DNA from: the human T2T-CHM13v2.0 reference genome, Homo sapiens
NCBI GenBank assembly: GCA_009914755.4
Contig: CP068257.2
Span: 11,232,001-11,296,000, forward strand
Reading direction: 5' to 3'
Length of the DNA: 64,000 nucleotides
Of this stretch, positions 24,201 through 38,300 are shown piece after piece. The first letter of the stretch is position 1, and each line of letters opens with the position of its first letter. The notes beneath the pieces were generated by a model that had not been told where the DNA came from, searched no databases, and was given only the letters and a program-made list of their open reading frames with translations. A program made the translations under genes and the position numbers.

Positions 24201-26863
24201 TCGTTTTTATGGGAAGATATTTACTTTTTCACCGTAGGCATCAAAGCGCTCCAAATGTCCACATCCAGATACTCCAGAAAGAGTGTTTCAAACCTGCTCT
24301 ATGAAAGGGAATGTTCAACTCTATGAGTTGAATGCAGACATCAGAAAGAAATTTCTGAGAATGCTGCTGTCTACCTTTTATTTGAATTCCCGCTTCCAAC
24401 GAAATCCTCCAAGCTATCCAAATATCCACTTGCAGATTCCACAAAAAGAGTGTTTCAAAACTGCTCTCTATCAATGGCAAAGTTCAACTCTGTTAGTTGA
24501 GGACACATATCACCAACAAGTTTCTGAGAATGCTTCTGTCTATTTTTTATGGGAAGATATTTCCTTTTTCACCGTAGGCGTCAAGGCGATCGAAATGTCC
24601 ACTTCCACAAACTACAAAAAGAGTGTTTCAAACCTGCTCTATGAAAGGCCATGTTCATCTCTATGAGTTGAATGGAAATATCCGAAAGAAATTTCTGGGA
24701 ATGCTGCTGTCTAGTTTTTATATGAATTCCCGCTTCCAACGAAATCCTCAAAGCAATCCAAATATCCACTTGCAGAATCCACAAAAAGAGTGTTTCAAAA
24801 CTGCTCTATCAATAGAAAGGTTCAACTCTTTTAGTTGAGTACACACATCACAAACAAGTTTCTGAGAATGCTTCTGTCTGGCTTTTATTGGAAGACGTTT
24901 CCTTTTCACCAAAGGCATCAAAGCGCTCCAAATGTCCACTTCCAGATTCTTCCAAAAGAGTGTTTCAAACGTGCTCAAAGTAAGGGAATGTTCAACTCTG
25001 TGACTTGAATGCAGATATCACCAAGTAGCTTCTAATAGTGCTTCTGTCTAGATTTTAGATGATGATATTCCCGTTTCCAACGAAATCGTTAGAGCTATCC
25101 AAATATCCAGTTACAGTTTCTACCAAAAGGGTGTTTCCAAATTGCTGCATCAAAAGAAAGGTTCAACTCTGTTAGTTGAGGACACACATCACAAAGAAGT
25201 TTGTGAGAATGCTTCTGTCTAGATTTTGTATGACGATATTCCCTTTTCCAACGATATCGTTAAAGCAATCTAAATATCAATTTGCAGAATCCACAAAAAT
25301 AGAGTTTCAAAGCTGCTCTGTAAAAAGAAAGGTTCCACTCTGTTAGCTGAGTACACACATCACAAACTTGTTTCTGAGAATCCTTCTGTCTCGTTTTTAT
25401 GGGAAGATATTTACTTTTCCACCGTAGGCATCAAAGCGCTCCAAATGTCCACATCCAGATACTCCAGAACGAGTGTTTCAAACCTGCTCTATGAAAGGGA
25501 ATCTTCAACTCTATGAGTTGAATGCAGACATCAGAAAGAAATTTCTGAGAATGCTGCTGTCTACCTTTTATTTGAATTCCCGCTTCCAACGAAATCCTCC
25601 AAGCTATCCAAATATCCACCTGCATTTTCCACAAAAAGAGTGTTTCAAAACTGCTCTATCAATAGAAATGTTCAACTCCTTTGGCTGGGTACACACATCA
25701 CAAACAAGTTTCTGAGAATGCTTCTGTCTAGTTTTTATGGGAAGACGTTCCCTTTTTCACCAAAGGCATCAAAGCGCTCCAAATGTCCACTTCCAGACAC
25801 TACAAAAAGAGTGTTTCAAACGTGCTCTAAGAAAGCGAATGTTCAACTCGGTGACTTGAATGCAGATATCACAAAGTAGTTTCTGAGAGGGCTTCTGTCT
25901 AGATTTTAGATGATGATATTCCCGTTTCCAACGAAATCAGAGCTATCCAAATATCCACTTACAGTTTCTACAAAAAGAGTGTTTCCAAACTGCTGCATCA
26001 AAAGAGAGGTTCCACTCTGTTAGCTGAGTACACACATCACAAACTTGTTTCTCAGATTCCTTCTGTCTCGTTTTTATGGGAAGATATTTACTTTTTCACC
26101 GTAGGCATCAAAGCGCTCCAAATGTCCACATCCAGAAACTCCAGAAAGAGTGTTTCAAACCTGCTCTATGAAAGGGAATGTTCAACTCTATGAGTTGAAT
26201 GCAGACATCAGAAAGAAATTTCTGAGAATGCTGCTGTCTACCTTTTATTTGAATTCCCACTTCCAACGAAATCCTCCAAGCTATCCAAATATCCACTTGC
26301 AGATTCCACAAAAAGAGTGTTTCAAAACTGCTCTCTATCAATGGCAAAGTTCAACTCTGTTAGTTGAGGACACATATCACCAACAAGTTTCTGAGAATGC
26401 TTCTGTCTATTTTTTATGGGAAGATATTTCCTTTTTCAGCGTAGGCGTCAAGGCGATCAAAATGTCCACTTCCACAAACTACCAAAAGAGTGTTTCAAAC
26501 CTGCTCTATGAAAGGCCATGTTCATCTCTATGAGTTGAATGGAAATATCCGAAAGAAATTTCTGGGAATGCTGCTGTCTAGTTTTTATATGAATTCCCGC
26601 TTCCACCGAAATCCTCAAAGCAATCCAAATATCCACTTGCAGAATCCACAAAAAGAGTGTTTCAAAACTGCGCTATCAATAGAAAGGTTCAACTCTTTTA
26701 GTTGAGTACACACATCACAAACAAGTTTCTGAGAATGCTTCTGTCTGGCTTTTATTGGAAGACGTTTCCTTTTCACCAAAGGCATCAAAGCGCTCCAAAT
26801 GTCCACTTCCAGATTCTTCCAAAAGAGTGTTTCAAACGTGCTCAAAGTACGGGAATGTTCAAC
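21257..26863 (-). repeat. 5,607-bp super-repeat block (3 HOR units), copy 2 of 2, essentially identical to copy 1
   Basis: Same variant set at +5607 (21350, 22680, 22810, 23060, 23090, 23750, 24195, 24715, 25027, 25470, 25850, 25935). I found one difference, near 26845 (gtacggg versus gtaaggg). Confidence 0.85.
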
Positions 26864-27499
26864 TCTGTGACTTGAATGCAGATATCACCAAGTAGTTTCT
26901 AATAGTGCTTCTGTCTAGATTTTAGATGATGATATTCCCGTTTCCAACGAAATCGTTAGAGCTATCCAAATATCCAGTTACAGTTTCTACCAAAAGGGTG
27001 TTTCCAAATTGCTGCATCAAAAGAAAGGTTCAACTCTGTTAGTTGAGGACACACATCACAAAGAAGTTTGTGAGAATGCTTCTGTCTAGATTTTGTATGA
27101 CGATATTCCCTTTTCCAACGATATCGTTAAAGCAATCTAAATATCAATTTGCAGAATCCACAAAAATAGAGTTTCAAAGCTGCTCTGTAAAAAGAAAGGT
27201 TCCACTCTGTTAGCTGAGTACACACATCACAAACTTGTTTCTGAGAATCCTTCTGTCTCGTTTTTATGGGAAGATATTTACTTTTCCACCGTAGGCATCA
27301 AAGCGCTCCAAATGTCCACATCCAGATACTCCAGAAGGAGTGTTTCAAACCTGCTCTATGAAAGGGAATCTTCAACTCTATGAGTTGAATGCAGACATCA
27401 GAAAGAAATTTCTGAGAATGCTGCTGTCTACCTTTTATTTGAATTCCCGCTTCCAACGAAATCCTCCAAGCTATCCAAATATCCACTTGCATTTTCCAC

Positions 27500-30400
27500 A
27501 ACAAGAGTGTTTCAAAACTGCTCTATCAATAGAAATGTTCAACTCCTTTGGCTGGGTACACACATCACAAACAAGTTTCTGAGAATGCTTCTGTCTAGTT
27601 TTTATGGGAAGACATTCCCTTTTTCACCAAAGGCATCAAAGCGCTCCAAATGTCCACTTCCAGACACTACAAAAAGAGTGTTTCAAACGTGCTCTAAGAA
27701 AGCGAATGTTCAACTCTGTGACTTGAATGCAGATATCACAAAGTAGTTTCTGAGAGTGCTTCTGTCTAGATTTTAGATGATGATATTCCCGTTTCCAACG
27801 AAATCATTAGAGCTATCCAAATATCCACTTACAGTTTCTACAAAAAGAGTGTTTCCAAACTGCTGCATCAAAAGAGAGGTTCCACTCTGTTAGCTGAGTA
27901 CACACATCACAAACTTGTTTCTCAGAATCCTTCTGTCTCGTTTTTATGGGAAGATATTTACTTTTTCACCGTAGGCATCAAAGCGCTCCAAATGTCCACA
28001 TCCAGATACTCCAGAAAGAGTGTTTCAAACCTGCTCTATGAAAGGGAATCTTCAACTCTATGAGTTGAATGCAGACATCAGAAAGAAATTTCTGAGAATG
28101 CTGCTGTCTACCTTTTATTTGAATTCCCGCTTCCAACGAAATCCTCCAAGCTATCCAAATATCCACTTGCAGATTCCACAAAAAGAGTGTTTCAAAACTG
28201 CTCTCTATCAATGGCAAAGTTCAACTCTGTTAGTTGAGGACACATATCACCAACAAGTTTCTGAGAATGCTTCTGTCTATTTTTTATGGGAAGATATTTC
28301 CTTTTTCACCGTAGGCGTCAAGGCGATCGAAATGTCCACTTCCACAAACTACAAAAAGCGTGTTTCAAACCTGCTCTATGAAAGGCCATGTTCATCTCTA
28401 TGAGTTGAATGGAAATATCCGAAAGAAATTTCTGGGAATGCTGCTGTCTAGTGTTTATACGAATTCCCGCTTCCAACGAAATCCTCAAAGCAATCCAAAT
28501 ATCCACTTGCAGAATCCACAAAAAGAGTGTTTCAAAACTGCTCTATCAATAGAAAGGTTCAACTCTTTTAGTTGAGTACACACATCACGAACAAGTTTCT
28601 GAGAATGCTTCTGTCTGGCTTTTATTGGAAGACGTTTCCTTTTCACCAAAGGCATCAAAGCGCTCCAAATGTCCACTTCCAGATTCTTCCAAAAGAGTGT
28701 TTCAAACGTGGTCGAAGTAAGGGAATGTTCAACTCTGTGACTTGAATGCAGATATCACCAAGTAGTTTCTAATAGTGCTTCTGTCTACATTTTGATGATG
28801 ATATTCCCGTTTCCAACGAAATCGTTAGAGCTATCCAAATATCCAGTTAGTTTCTACCAAAAGGGTGTTTCCAAATTGCTGCATCAAAAGAAAGGTTCAA
28901 CTCTGTTAGTTGAGGACACACATCACAAAGAAGTTTGTGAGAATGCTTCTGTCTAGATTTTGTATGACGATATTCCCTTTTCCAATGATATCGTTAAAGC
29001 AATCTAAATATCAATTTGCAGAATCCACAAAAATAGAGTTTCAAAGCTGCTCTGTAAAAAGAAAGGTTCCACTCTGTTAGCTGAGTACACACATCACAAA
29101 CTTGTTTCTGAGAATCCTTCTGTCTCGTTTTTATGGGAAGATATTTACTTTTTCACCGTAGGCATCAAAGCGCTCCAAATGTCCACATCCAGATACTCCA
29201 GAACGAGTGTTTCAAACCTACTCTATGAAAGGGAATCTTCAACTCTATGAGTTGAATGCAGACATCAGAAAGAAATTTCTGAGAATGCTGCTGTCTACCT
29301 TTTATTTGAATTCCCGCTTCCAACGAAATCCTCCAAGCTATCCAAATATCCACTTGCATTTTCCACAACAAGAGTGTTTCAAAACTGCTCTATCAATAGA
29401 AATGTTCAACTCCTTTGGCTGGGTACACACATCACAAACAAGTTTCTGAGAATGCTTCTGTCTAGTTTTTATGGGAAGACATTCCCTTTTTCACCAAAGG
29501 CATCAAAGCGCTCCAAATGTCCACTTCCAGACACTACAAAAAGAGTGTTTCAAACGTGCTCTAAGAAAGCGAATGTTCAACTCTGTGACTTGAATGCAGA
29601 TATCACAAAGTAGTTTCTGAGAGTGCTTCTGTCTAGACTTTAGATGATGATATTCCCGTTTCCAACGAAATCATTAGAGCTATCCAAATATCCACTTACA
29701 GTTTCTACAAAAAGAGTGTTTCCAAACTGCTGCATGAAAAGAGAGGTTCCACTCTGTTAGCTGAGTACACACATCACAAACTTGTTTCTCAGAATCCGTC
29801 TGTCTCGTTTTTATGGGAAGATATTTACTTTTTCACCGTAGGCATCAAAGCGCTCCAAATGTCCACATCCAGATACTCCAGAAAGAGTGTTTCAAACCTG
29901 CTCTATGAAAGGGAATCTTCAACTCTATGAGTTGAATGCAGACATCAGAAAGAAATTTCTGAGAATGCTGCTGTCTACCTTTTATTTGAATTCCCGCTTC
30001 CAACGAAATCCTCCAAGCTATCCAAATATCCACTTGCAGATTCCACAAAAAGAGTGTTTCAAAACTGCTCTCTATCAATGGCAAAGTTCAACTCTGTTAG
30101 TTGAGGACACATATCACCAACAAGTTTCTGAGAATGCTTCTGTCTATTTTTTATGGGAAGATATTTCCTTTTTCACCGTAGGCGTCAAGGCGATCGAAAT
30201 GTCCACTTCCACAAACTACAAAAAGCGTGTTTCAAACCTGCTCTATGAAAGGCCATGTTCATCTCTATGAGTTGAATGGAAATATCCGAAAGAAATTTCT
30301 GGGAATGCTGCTGTCTAGTGTTTATACGAATTCCCGCTTCCAACGAAATCCTCAAAGCAATCCAAATATCCACTTGCAGAATCCACAAAAAGAGTGTTTC

Positions 30401-33400
30401 AAAACTGCTCTATCAATAGAAAGGTTCAACTCTTTTAGTTGAGTACACACATCACGAACAAGTTTCTGAGAATGCTTCTGTCTGGCTTTTATTGGAAGAC
30501 GTTTCCTTTTCACCAAAGGCATCAAAGCGCTCCAAATGTCCACTTCCAGATTCTTCCAAAAGAGTGTTTCAAACGTGGTCGAAGTAAGGGAATGTTCAAC
30601 TCTGTGACTTGAATGCAGATATCACCAAGTAGTTTCTAATAGTGCTTCTGTCTACATTTTGATGATGATATTCCCGTTTCCAACGAAATCGTTAGAGCTA
30701 TCCAAATATCCAGTTAGTTTCTACCAAAAGGGTGTTTCCAAATTGCTGCATCAAAAGAAAGGTTCAACTCTGTTAGTTGAGGACACACATCACAAAGAAG
30801 TTTGTGAGAATGCTTCTGTCTAGATTTTGTATGACGATATTCCCTTTTCCAATGATATCGTTAAAGCAATCTAAATATCAATTTGCAGAATCCACAAAAA
30901 TAGAGTTTCAAAGCTGCTCTGTAAAAAGAAAGGTTCCACTCTGTTAGCTGAGTACACACATCACAAACTTGTTTCTGAGAATCCTTCTGTCTCGTTTTTA
31001 TGGGAAGATATTTACTTTTTCACCGTAGGCATCAAAGCGCTCCAAATGTCCACATCCAGATACTCCAGAACGAGTGTTTCAAACCTACTCTATGAAAGGG
31101 AATCTTCAACTCTATGAGTTGAATGCAGACATCAGAAAGAAATTTCTGAGAATGCTGCTGTCTACCTTTTATTTGAATTCCCGCTTCCAACGAAATCCTC
31201 CAAGCTATCCAAATATCCACTTGCATTTTCCACAACAAGAGTGTTTCAAAACTGCTCTATCAATAGAAATGTTCAACTCCTTTGGCTGGGTACACACATC
31301 ACAAACAAGTTTCTGAGAATGCTTCTGTCTAGTTTTTATGGGAAGACATTCCCTTTTTCACCAAAGGCATCAAAGCGCTCCAAATGTCCACTTCCAGACA
31401 CTACAAAAAGAGTGTTTCAAACGTGCTCTAAGAAAGCGAATGTTCAACTCTGTGACTTGAATGCAGATATCACAAAGTAGTTTCTGAGAGTGCTTCTGTC
31501 TAGACTTTAGATGATGATATTCCCGTTTCCAACGAAATCATTAGAGCTATCCAAATATCCACTTACAGTTTCTACAAAAAGAGTGTTTCCAAACTGCTGC
31601 ATGAAAAGAGAGGTTCCACTCTGTTAGCTGAGTACACACATCACAAACTTGTTTCTCAGAATCCGTCTGTCTCGTTTTTATGGGAAGATATTTACTTTTT
31701 CACCGTAGGCATCAAAGCGCTCCAAATGTCCACATCCAGATACTCCAGAAAGAGTGTTTCAAACCTGCTCTATGAAAGGGAATCTTCAACTCTATGAGTT
31801 GAATGCAGACATCAGAAAGAAATTTCTGAGAATGCTGCTGTCTACCTTTTATTTGAATTCCCGCTTCCAACGAAATCCTCCAAGCTATCCAAATATCCAC
31901 TTGCAGATTCCACAAAAAGAGTGTTTCAAAACTGCTCTCTATCAATGGCAAAGTTCAACTCTGTTAGTTGAGGACACATATCACCAACAAGTTTCTGAGA
32001 ATGCTTCTGTCTATTTTTTATGGGAAGATATTTCCTTTTTCACCGTAGGCGTCAAGGCGATCGAAATGTCCACTTCCACAAACTACAAAAAGCGTGTTTC
32101 AAACCTGCTCTATGAAAGGCCATGTTCATCTCTATGAGTTGAATGGAAATATCCGAAAGAAATTTCTGGGAATGCTGCTGTCTAGTGTTTATACGAATTC
32201 CCGCTTCCAACGAAATCCTCAAAGCAATCCAAATATCCACTTGCAGAATCCACAAAAAGAGTGTTTCAAAACTGCTCTATCAATAGAAAGGTTCAACTCT
32301 TTTAGTTGAGTACACACATCACGAACAAGTTTCTGAGAATGCTTCTGTCTGGCTTTTATTGGAAGACGTTTCCTTTTCACCAAAGGCATCAAAGCGCTCC
32401 AAATGTCCACTTCCAGATTCTTCCAAAAGAGTGTTTCAAACGTGGTCGAAGTAAGGGAATGTTCAACTCTGTGACTTGAATGCAGATATCACCAAGTAGT
32501 TTCTAATAGTGCTTCTGTCTACATTTTGATGATGATATTCCCGTTTCCAACGAAATCGTTAGAGCTATCCAAATATCCAGTTAGTTTCTACCAAAAGGGT
32601 GTTTCCAAATTGCTGCATCAAAAGAAAGGTTCAACTCTGTTAGTTGAGGACACACATCACAAAGAAGTTTGTGAGAATGCTTCTGTCTAGATTTTGTATG
32701 ACGATATTCCCTTTTCCAATGATATCGTTAAAGCAATCTAAATATCAATTTGCAGAATCCACAAAAATAGAGTTTCAAAGCTGCTCTGTAAAAAGAAAGG
32801 TTCCACTCTGTTAGCTGAGTACACACATCACAAACTTGTTTCTGAGAATCCTTCTGTCTCGTTTTTATGGGAAGATATTTACTTTTTCACCGTAGGCATC
32901 AAAGCGCTCCAAATGTCCACATCCAGATACTCCAGAACGAGTGTTTCAAACCTACTCTATGAAAGGGAATCTTCAACTCTATGAGTTGAATGCAGACATC
33001 AGAAAGAAATTTCTGAGAATGCTGCTGTCTACCTTTTATTTGAATTCCCGCTTCCAACGAAATCCTCCAAGCTATCCAAATATCCACTTGCATTTTCCAC
33101 AACAAGAGTGTTTCAAAACTGCTCTATCAATAGAAATGTTCAACTCCTTTGGCTGGGTACACACATCACAAACAAGTTTCTGAGAATGCTTCTGTCTAGT
33201 TTTTATGGGAAGACATTCCCTTTTTCACCAAAGGCATCAAAGCGCTCCAAATGTCCACTTCCAGACACTACAAAAAGAGTGTTTCAAACGTGCTCTAAGA
33301 AAGCGAATGTTCAACTCTGTGACTTGAATGCAGATATCACAAAGTAGTTTCTGAGAGTGCTTCTGTCTAGACTTTAGATGATGATATTCCCGTTTCCAAC
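27500..33400 (-). repeat. Three consecutive near-identical 1,867-bp variant HOR units (locally homogenised subtype)
   Basis: Shared private variants at +1867: aaaagcgtg (28358, 30225, 32092); ccgtaggcatcaaagcgctc with the HRVGL variant (29165, 31032, 32899); acctactc (29218, ...); 1-bp deletion ctacattttgatg (28790, ...); 2-bp deletion atccagttagtttc (28845, ...). Confidence 0.8.
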
Positions 33401-35349
33401 GAAATCATTAGAGCTATCCAAATATCCACTTACAGTTTCTACAAAAAGAGTGTTTCCAAACTGCTGCATGAAAAGAGAGGTTCCACTCTGTTAGCTGAGT
33501 ACACACATCACAAACTTGTTTCTCAGAATCCGTCTGTCTCGTTTTTATGGGAAGATATTTACTTTTTCACCGTAGGCATCAAAGCGCTCCAAATGTCCAC
33601 ATCCAGATACTCCAGAAAGAGTGTTTCAAACCTGCTCTATGAAAGGGAATGTTCAACTCTATGAGTTGAATGCAGACATCAGAAAGAAATTTCTGAGAAT
33701 GCTGCTGTCTACCTTTTATTTGAATTCCCGCTTCCAACGAAATCCTCCAAGCTATCCAAATATCCACTTGCAGATTCCACAAAAAGAGTGTTTCAAAACT
33801 GCTCTCTATCAATGGCAAAGTTCAACTCTGTTAGTTGAGGACACATATCACCAACAAGTTTCTGAGAATGCTTCTGTCTATTTTTTATGGGAAGATATTT
33901 CCTTTTTCACCGTAGGCGTCAAGGCGATCGAAATGTCCACTTCCACAAACTACAAAAAGAGTGTTTCAAACCTGCTCTATGAAAGGCCATGTTCATCTCT
34001 ATGAGTTGAATGGAAATATCCGAAAAAAATTTCTGGGAATGCTGCTGTCTAGTTTTTATATGAATTCCCGCTTCCAACGAAATCCTCAAAGCAATCCAAA
34101 TATCCACTTGCAGAATCCACAAAAAGAGTGTTTCAAAACTGCTCTATCAATAGAAAGGTTCAACTCTTTTAGTTGAGTACACACATCACAAACAAGTTTC
34201 TGAGAATGCTTCTGTCTGGCTTTTATTGGAAGACGTTTCCTTTTCACCAAAGGCATCAAAGCGCTCCAAATGTCCACTTCCAGATTCTTCCAAAAGAGTG
34301 TTTCAAACGTGGTCGAAGTAAGGGAATGTTCTACTCTGTGACTTGAATGCAGATATCACCAAGTAGTTTCTAATAGTGCTTCTGTCTAGATTTTAGATGA
34401 TGATATTCCCGTTTCCAACGAAATCGTTAGAGCTATCCAAATATCCAGTTACAGTTTCTACCAAAAGGGTGTTTCCAAATTGCTGCATCAAAAGAAAGGT
34501 TCAACTCTGTTAGTTGAGGACACACATCACAAAGAAGTTTGTGAGAATGCTTCTGTCTAGATTTTGTATGACGATATTCCCTTTTCCAACGATATCGTTA
34601 AAGCAATCTAAATATCAATTTGCAGAATCCACAAAAATAGAGTTTCAAAGCTGCTCTGTAAAAAGAAAGGTTCCACTCTGTTAGCTGAGTACACACATCA
34701 CAAACTTGTTTCTGAGAATCCTTCTGTCTCGTTTTTATGGGAAGATATTTACTTTTCCACCGTAGGCATCAAAGCGCTCCAAATGTCCACATCCAGATAC
34801 TCCAGAAAGAGTGTTTCAAACCTGCTCTATGAAAGGGAATCTTCAACTCTATGAGTTGAATGCAGACATCAGAAAGAAATTTCTGAGAATGCTGCTGTCT
34901 ACCTTTTATTTGAATTCCCGCTTCCAACGAAATCCTCCAAGCTATCCAAATATCCACTTGCATTTTCCACAAAAAGAGTGTTTCAAAACTGCTCTATCAA
35001 TAGAAATGTTCAACTCCTTTGGCTGGGTACACACATCACAAACAAGTTTCTGAGAATGCTTCTGTCTAGTTTTTATGGGAAGACATTCCCTTTTTCACCA
35101 AAGGCATCAAAGCGCTCCAAATGTCCACTTCCAGACACTACAAAAAGAGTGTTTCAAACGTGCTCTAAGAAAGCGAATGTTCAACTCTGTGACTTGAATG
35201 CAGATATCACAAAGTAGTTTCTGAGAGGGCTTCTGTCTAGATTTTAGATGATGATATTCCCGTTTCCAACGAAATCATTAGAGCTATACAAATATCCACT
35301 TACTGTTTCTACAAAAAGAGTGTTTCCAAACTGCTGCATCAAAAGAGAG

Positions 35350-38300
35350 GTTCCACTCTGTTAGCTGAGTACACACATCACAAACTTGTTTCTCAGAATC
35401 CTTCTGTCTCGTTTTTATGGGAAGATATTTACTTTTTCACCGTAGGCATCAAAGCGCTCCAAATGTCCACATCCAGATACTCCAGAAAGAGTGTTTCAAA
35501 CCTGCTCTATGAAAGGGAATCTTCAACTCTATGAGTTGAATGCAGACATCAGAAAGAAATTTCTGAGAATGCTGCTGTCTACCTTTTATTTGAATTCCCG
35601 CTTCCAACGAAATCCTCCAAGCTATCCAAATATCCACTTGCAGATTCCACAAAAAGAGTGTTTCAAAACTGCTCTCTATCAATGGCAAAGTTCAACTCTG
35701 TTAGTTGAGGACACATATCACCAACAAGTTTCTGAGAATGCTTCTGTCTATTTTTTATGGGAAGATATTTCCTTTTTCACCGTAGGCGTCAAGGCGATCG
35801 AAATGTCCACTTCCACAAACTACAAAAAGAGTGTTTCAAACCTGCTCTATGAAAGGCCATGTTCATCTCTATGAGTTGAATGGAAATATCCGAAAAAAAT
35901 TTCTGGGAATGCTGCTGTCTAGTTTTTATATGAATTCCCGCTTCCAACGAAATCCTCAAAGCAATCCAAATATCCACTTGCAGAATCCACAAAAAGAGTG
36001 TTTCAAAACTGCTCTATCAATAGAAAGGTTCAACTCTTTTAGTTGAGTACACACATCACGAACAAGTTTCTGAGAATGCTTCTGTCTGGCTTTTATTGGA
36101 AGACGTTTCCTTTTCACCAAAGGCATCAAAGCGCTCCAAATGTCCACTTCCAGATTCTTCCAAAAGAGTGTTTCAAACGTGCTCGAAGTAAGGGAATGTT
36201 CTACTCTGTGACTTGAATGCAGATATCACCAAGTAGTTTCTAATAGTGCTTCTGTCTAGATTTTAGATGATGATATTCCCGTTTCCAACGAAATCGTTAG
36301 AGCTATCCAAATATCCAGTTACAGTTTCTACCAAAAGGGTGTTTCCAAATTGCTGCATCAAAAGAAAGGTTCAACTCTGTTAGTTGAGGACACACATCAC
36401 AAAGAAGTTTGTGAGAATGCTTCTGTCTAGATTTTGTATGACGATATTCCCTTTTCCAACGATATCGTTAAAGCAATCTAAATATCAATTTGCAGAATCC
36501 ACAAAAATAGAGTTTCAAAGCTGCTCTGTAAAAAGAAAGGTTCCACTCTGTTAGCTGAGTACACACATCACAAACTTGTTTCTGAGAATCCTTCTGTCTC
36601 GTTTTTATGGGAAGATATTTACTTTTCCACCGTAGGCATCAAAGCGCTCCAAATGTCCACATCCAGATACTCCAGAACGAGTGTTTCAAACCTGCTCTAT
36701 GAAAGGGAATCTTCAACTCTATGAGTTGAATGCAGACATCAGAAAGAAATTTCTGAGAATGCTGCTGTCTACCTTTTATTTGAATTCCCGCTTCCAACGA
36801 AATCCTCCAAGCTATCCAAATATCCACTTGCATTTTCCACAAAAAGAGTGTTTCAAAACTGCTCTATCAATAGAAATGTTCAACTCCTTTGGCTGGGTAC
36901 ACACATCACAAACAAGTTTCTGAGAATGCTTCTGTCTAGTTTTTATGGGAAGACGTTCCCTTTTTCACCAAAGGCATCAAAGCGCTCCAAATGTCCACTT
37001 CCAGACACTACAAAAAGAGTGTTTCCAACGTGCTCTAAGAAAGCGAATGTTCAACTCTGTGACTTGAATGCAGATATCACAAAGTAGTTTCTGAGAGGGC
37101 TTCTGTCTAGATTTTAGATGATGATATTCCCGTTTCCAACGAAATCATTAGAGCTATCCAAATATCCACTTACAGTTTCTACAAAAAGAGTGTTTCCAAA
37201 CTGCTGCATCAAAAGAGAGGTTCCACTCTGTTAGCTGAGTACACACATCACAAACTTGTTTCTCAGAATCCTTCTGTCTCGTTTTTATGGGAAGATATTT
37301 ACTTTTTCACCGTAGGCATCAAAGCGCTCCAAATGTCCACATCCAGATACTCCAGAAAGAGTGTTTCAAACCTGCTCTATGAAAGGGAATCTTCAACTCT
37401 ATGAGTTGAATGCAGACATCAGAAAGAAATTTCTGAGAATGCTGCTGTCTACCTTTTATTTGAATTCCCGCTTCCAACGAAATCCTCCAAGCTATCCAAA
37501 TATCCACTTGCAGATTCCACAAAAAGAGTGTTTCAAAACTGCTCTCTATCAATGGCAAAGTTCAACTCTGTTAGTTGAGGACACATATCACCAACAAGTT
37601 TCTGAGAATGCTTCTGTCTATTTTTTATGGGAAGATATTTCCTTTATCACCGTAGGCGTCAAGGCGATCGAAATGTCCACTTCCACAAACTACAAAAAGA
37701 GTGTTTCAAACCTGCTCTATGAAAGGCCATGTTCATCTCTATGAGTTGAATGGAAATATCCGAAAGAAATTTCTGGGAATGCTGCTGTCTAGTGTTTATA
37801 CGAATTCCCGCTTCCAACGAAATCCTCAAAGCAATCCAAATATCCACTTGCAGAATCCACAAAAAGAGTGTTTCAAAACCGCTCTATCAATAGAAAGGTT
37901 CAACTCTTTTAGTTGAGTACACACATCACGAACAAGTTTCTGAGAATGCTTCTGTCTGGCTTTTATTGGAAGACGTTTCCTTTTCACCAAAGGCATCAAA
38001 GCGCTCCAAATGTCCACTTCCAGATTCTTCCAAAAGAGTGTTTCAAACGTGCTCGAAGTAAGGGAATGTTCATCTCTGTGACTTGAATGCAGATATCACC
38101 AAGTAGTTTCTAATAGTGCTTCTGTCTAGATTTTAGATGATGATATTCCCGTTTCCAACGAAATCGTTAGATCTATCCAAATATCCAGTTACAGTTTCTA
38201 CCAAAAGGGTGTTTCCAAATTGCTGCATCAAAAGAAAGGTTCAACTCTGTTAGTTGAGGACACACATCACAAAGAAGTTTGTGAGAATGCTTCTGTCTAG

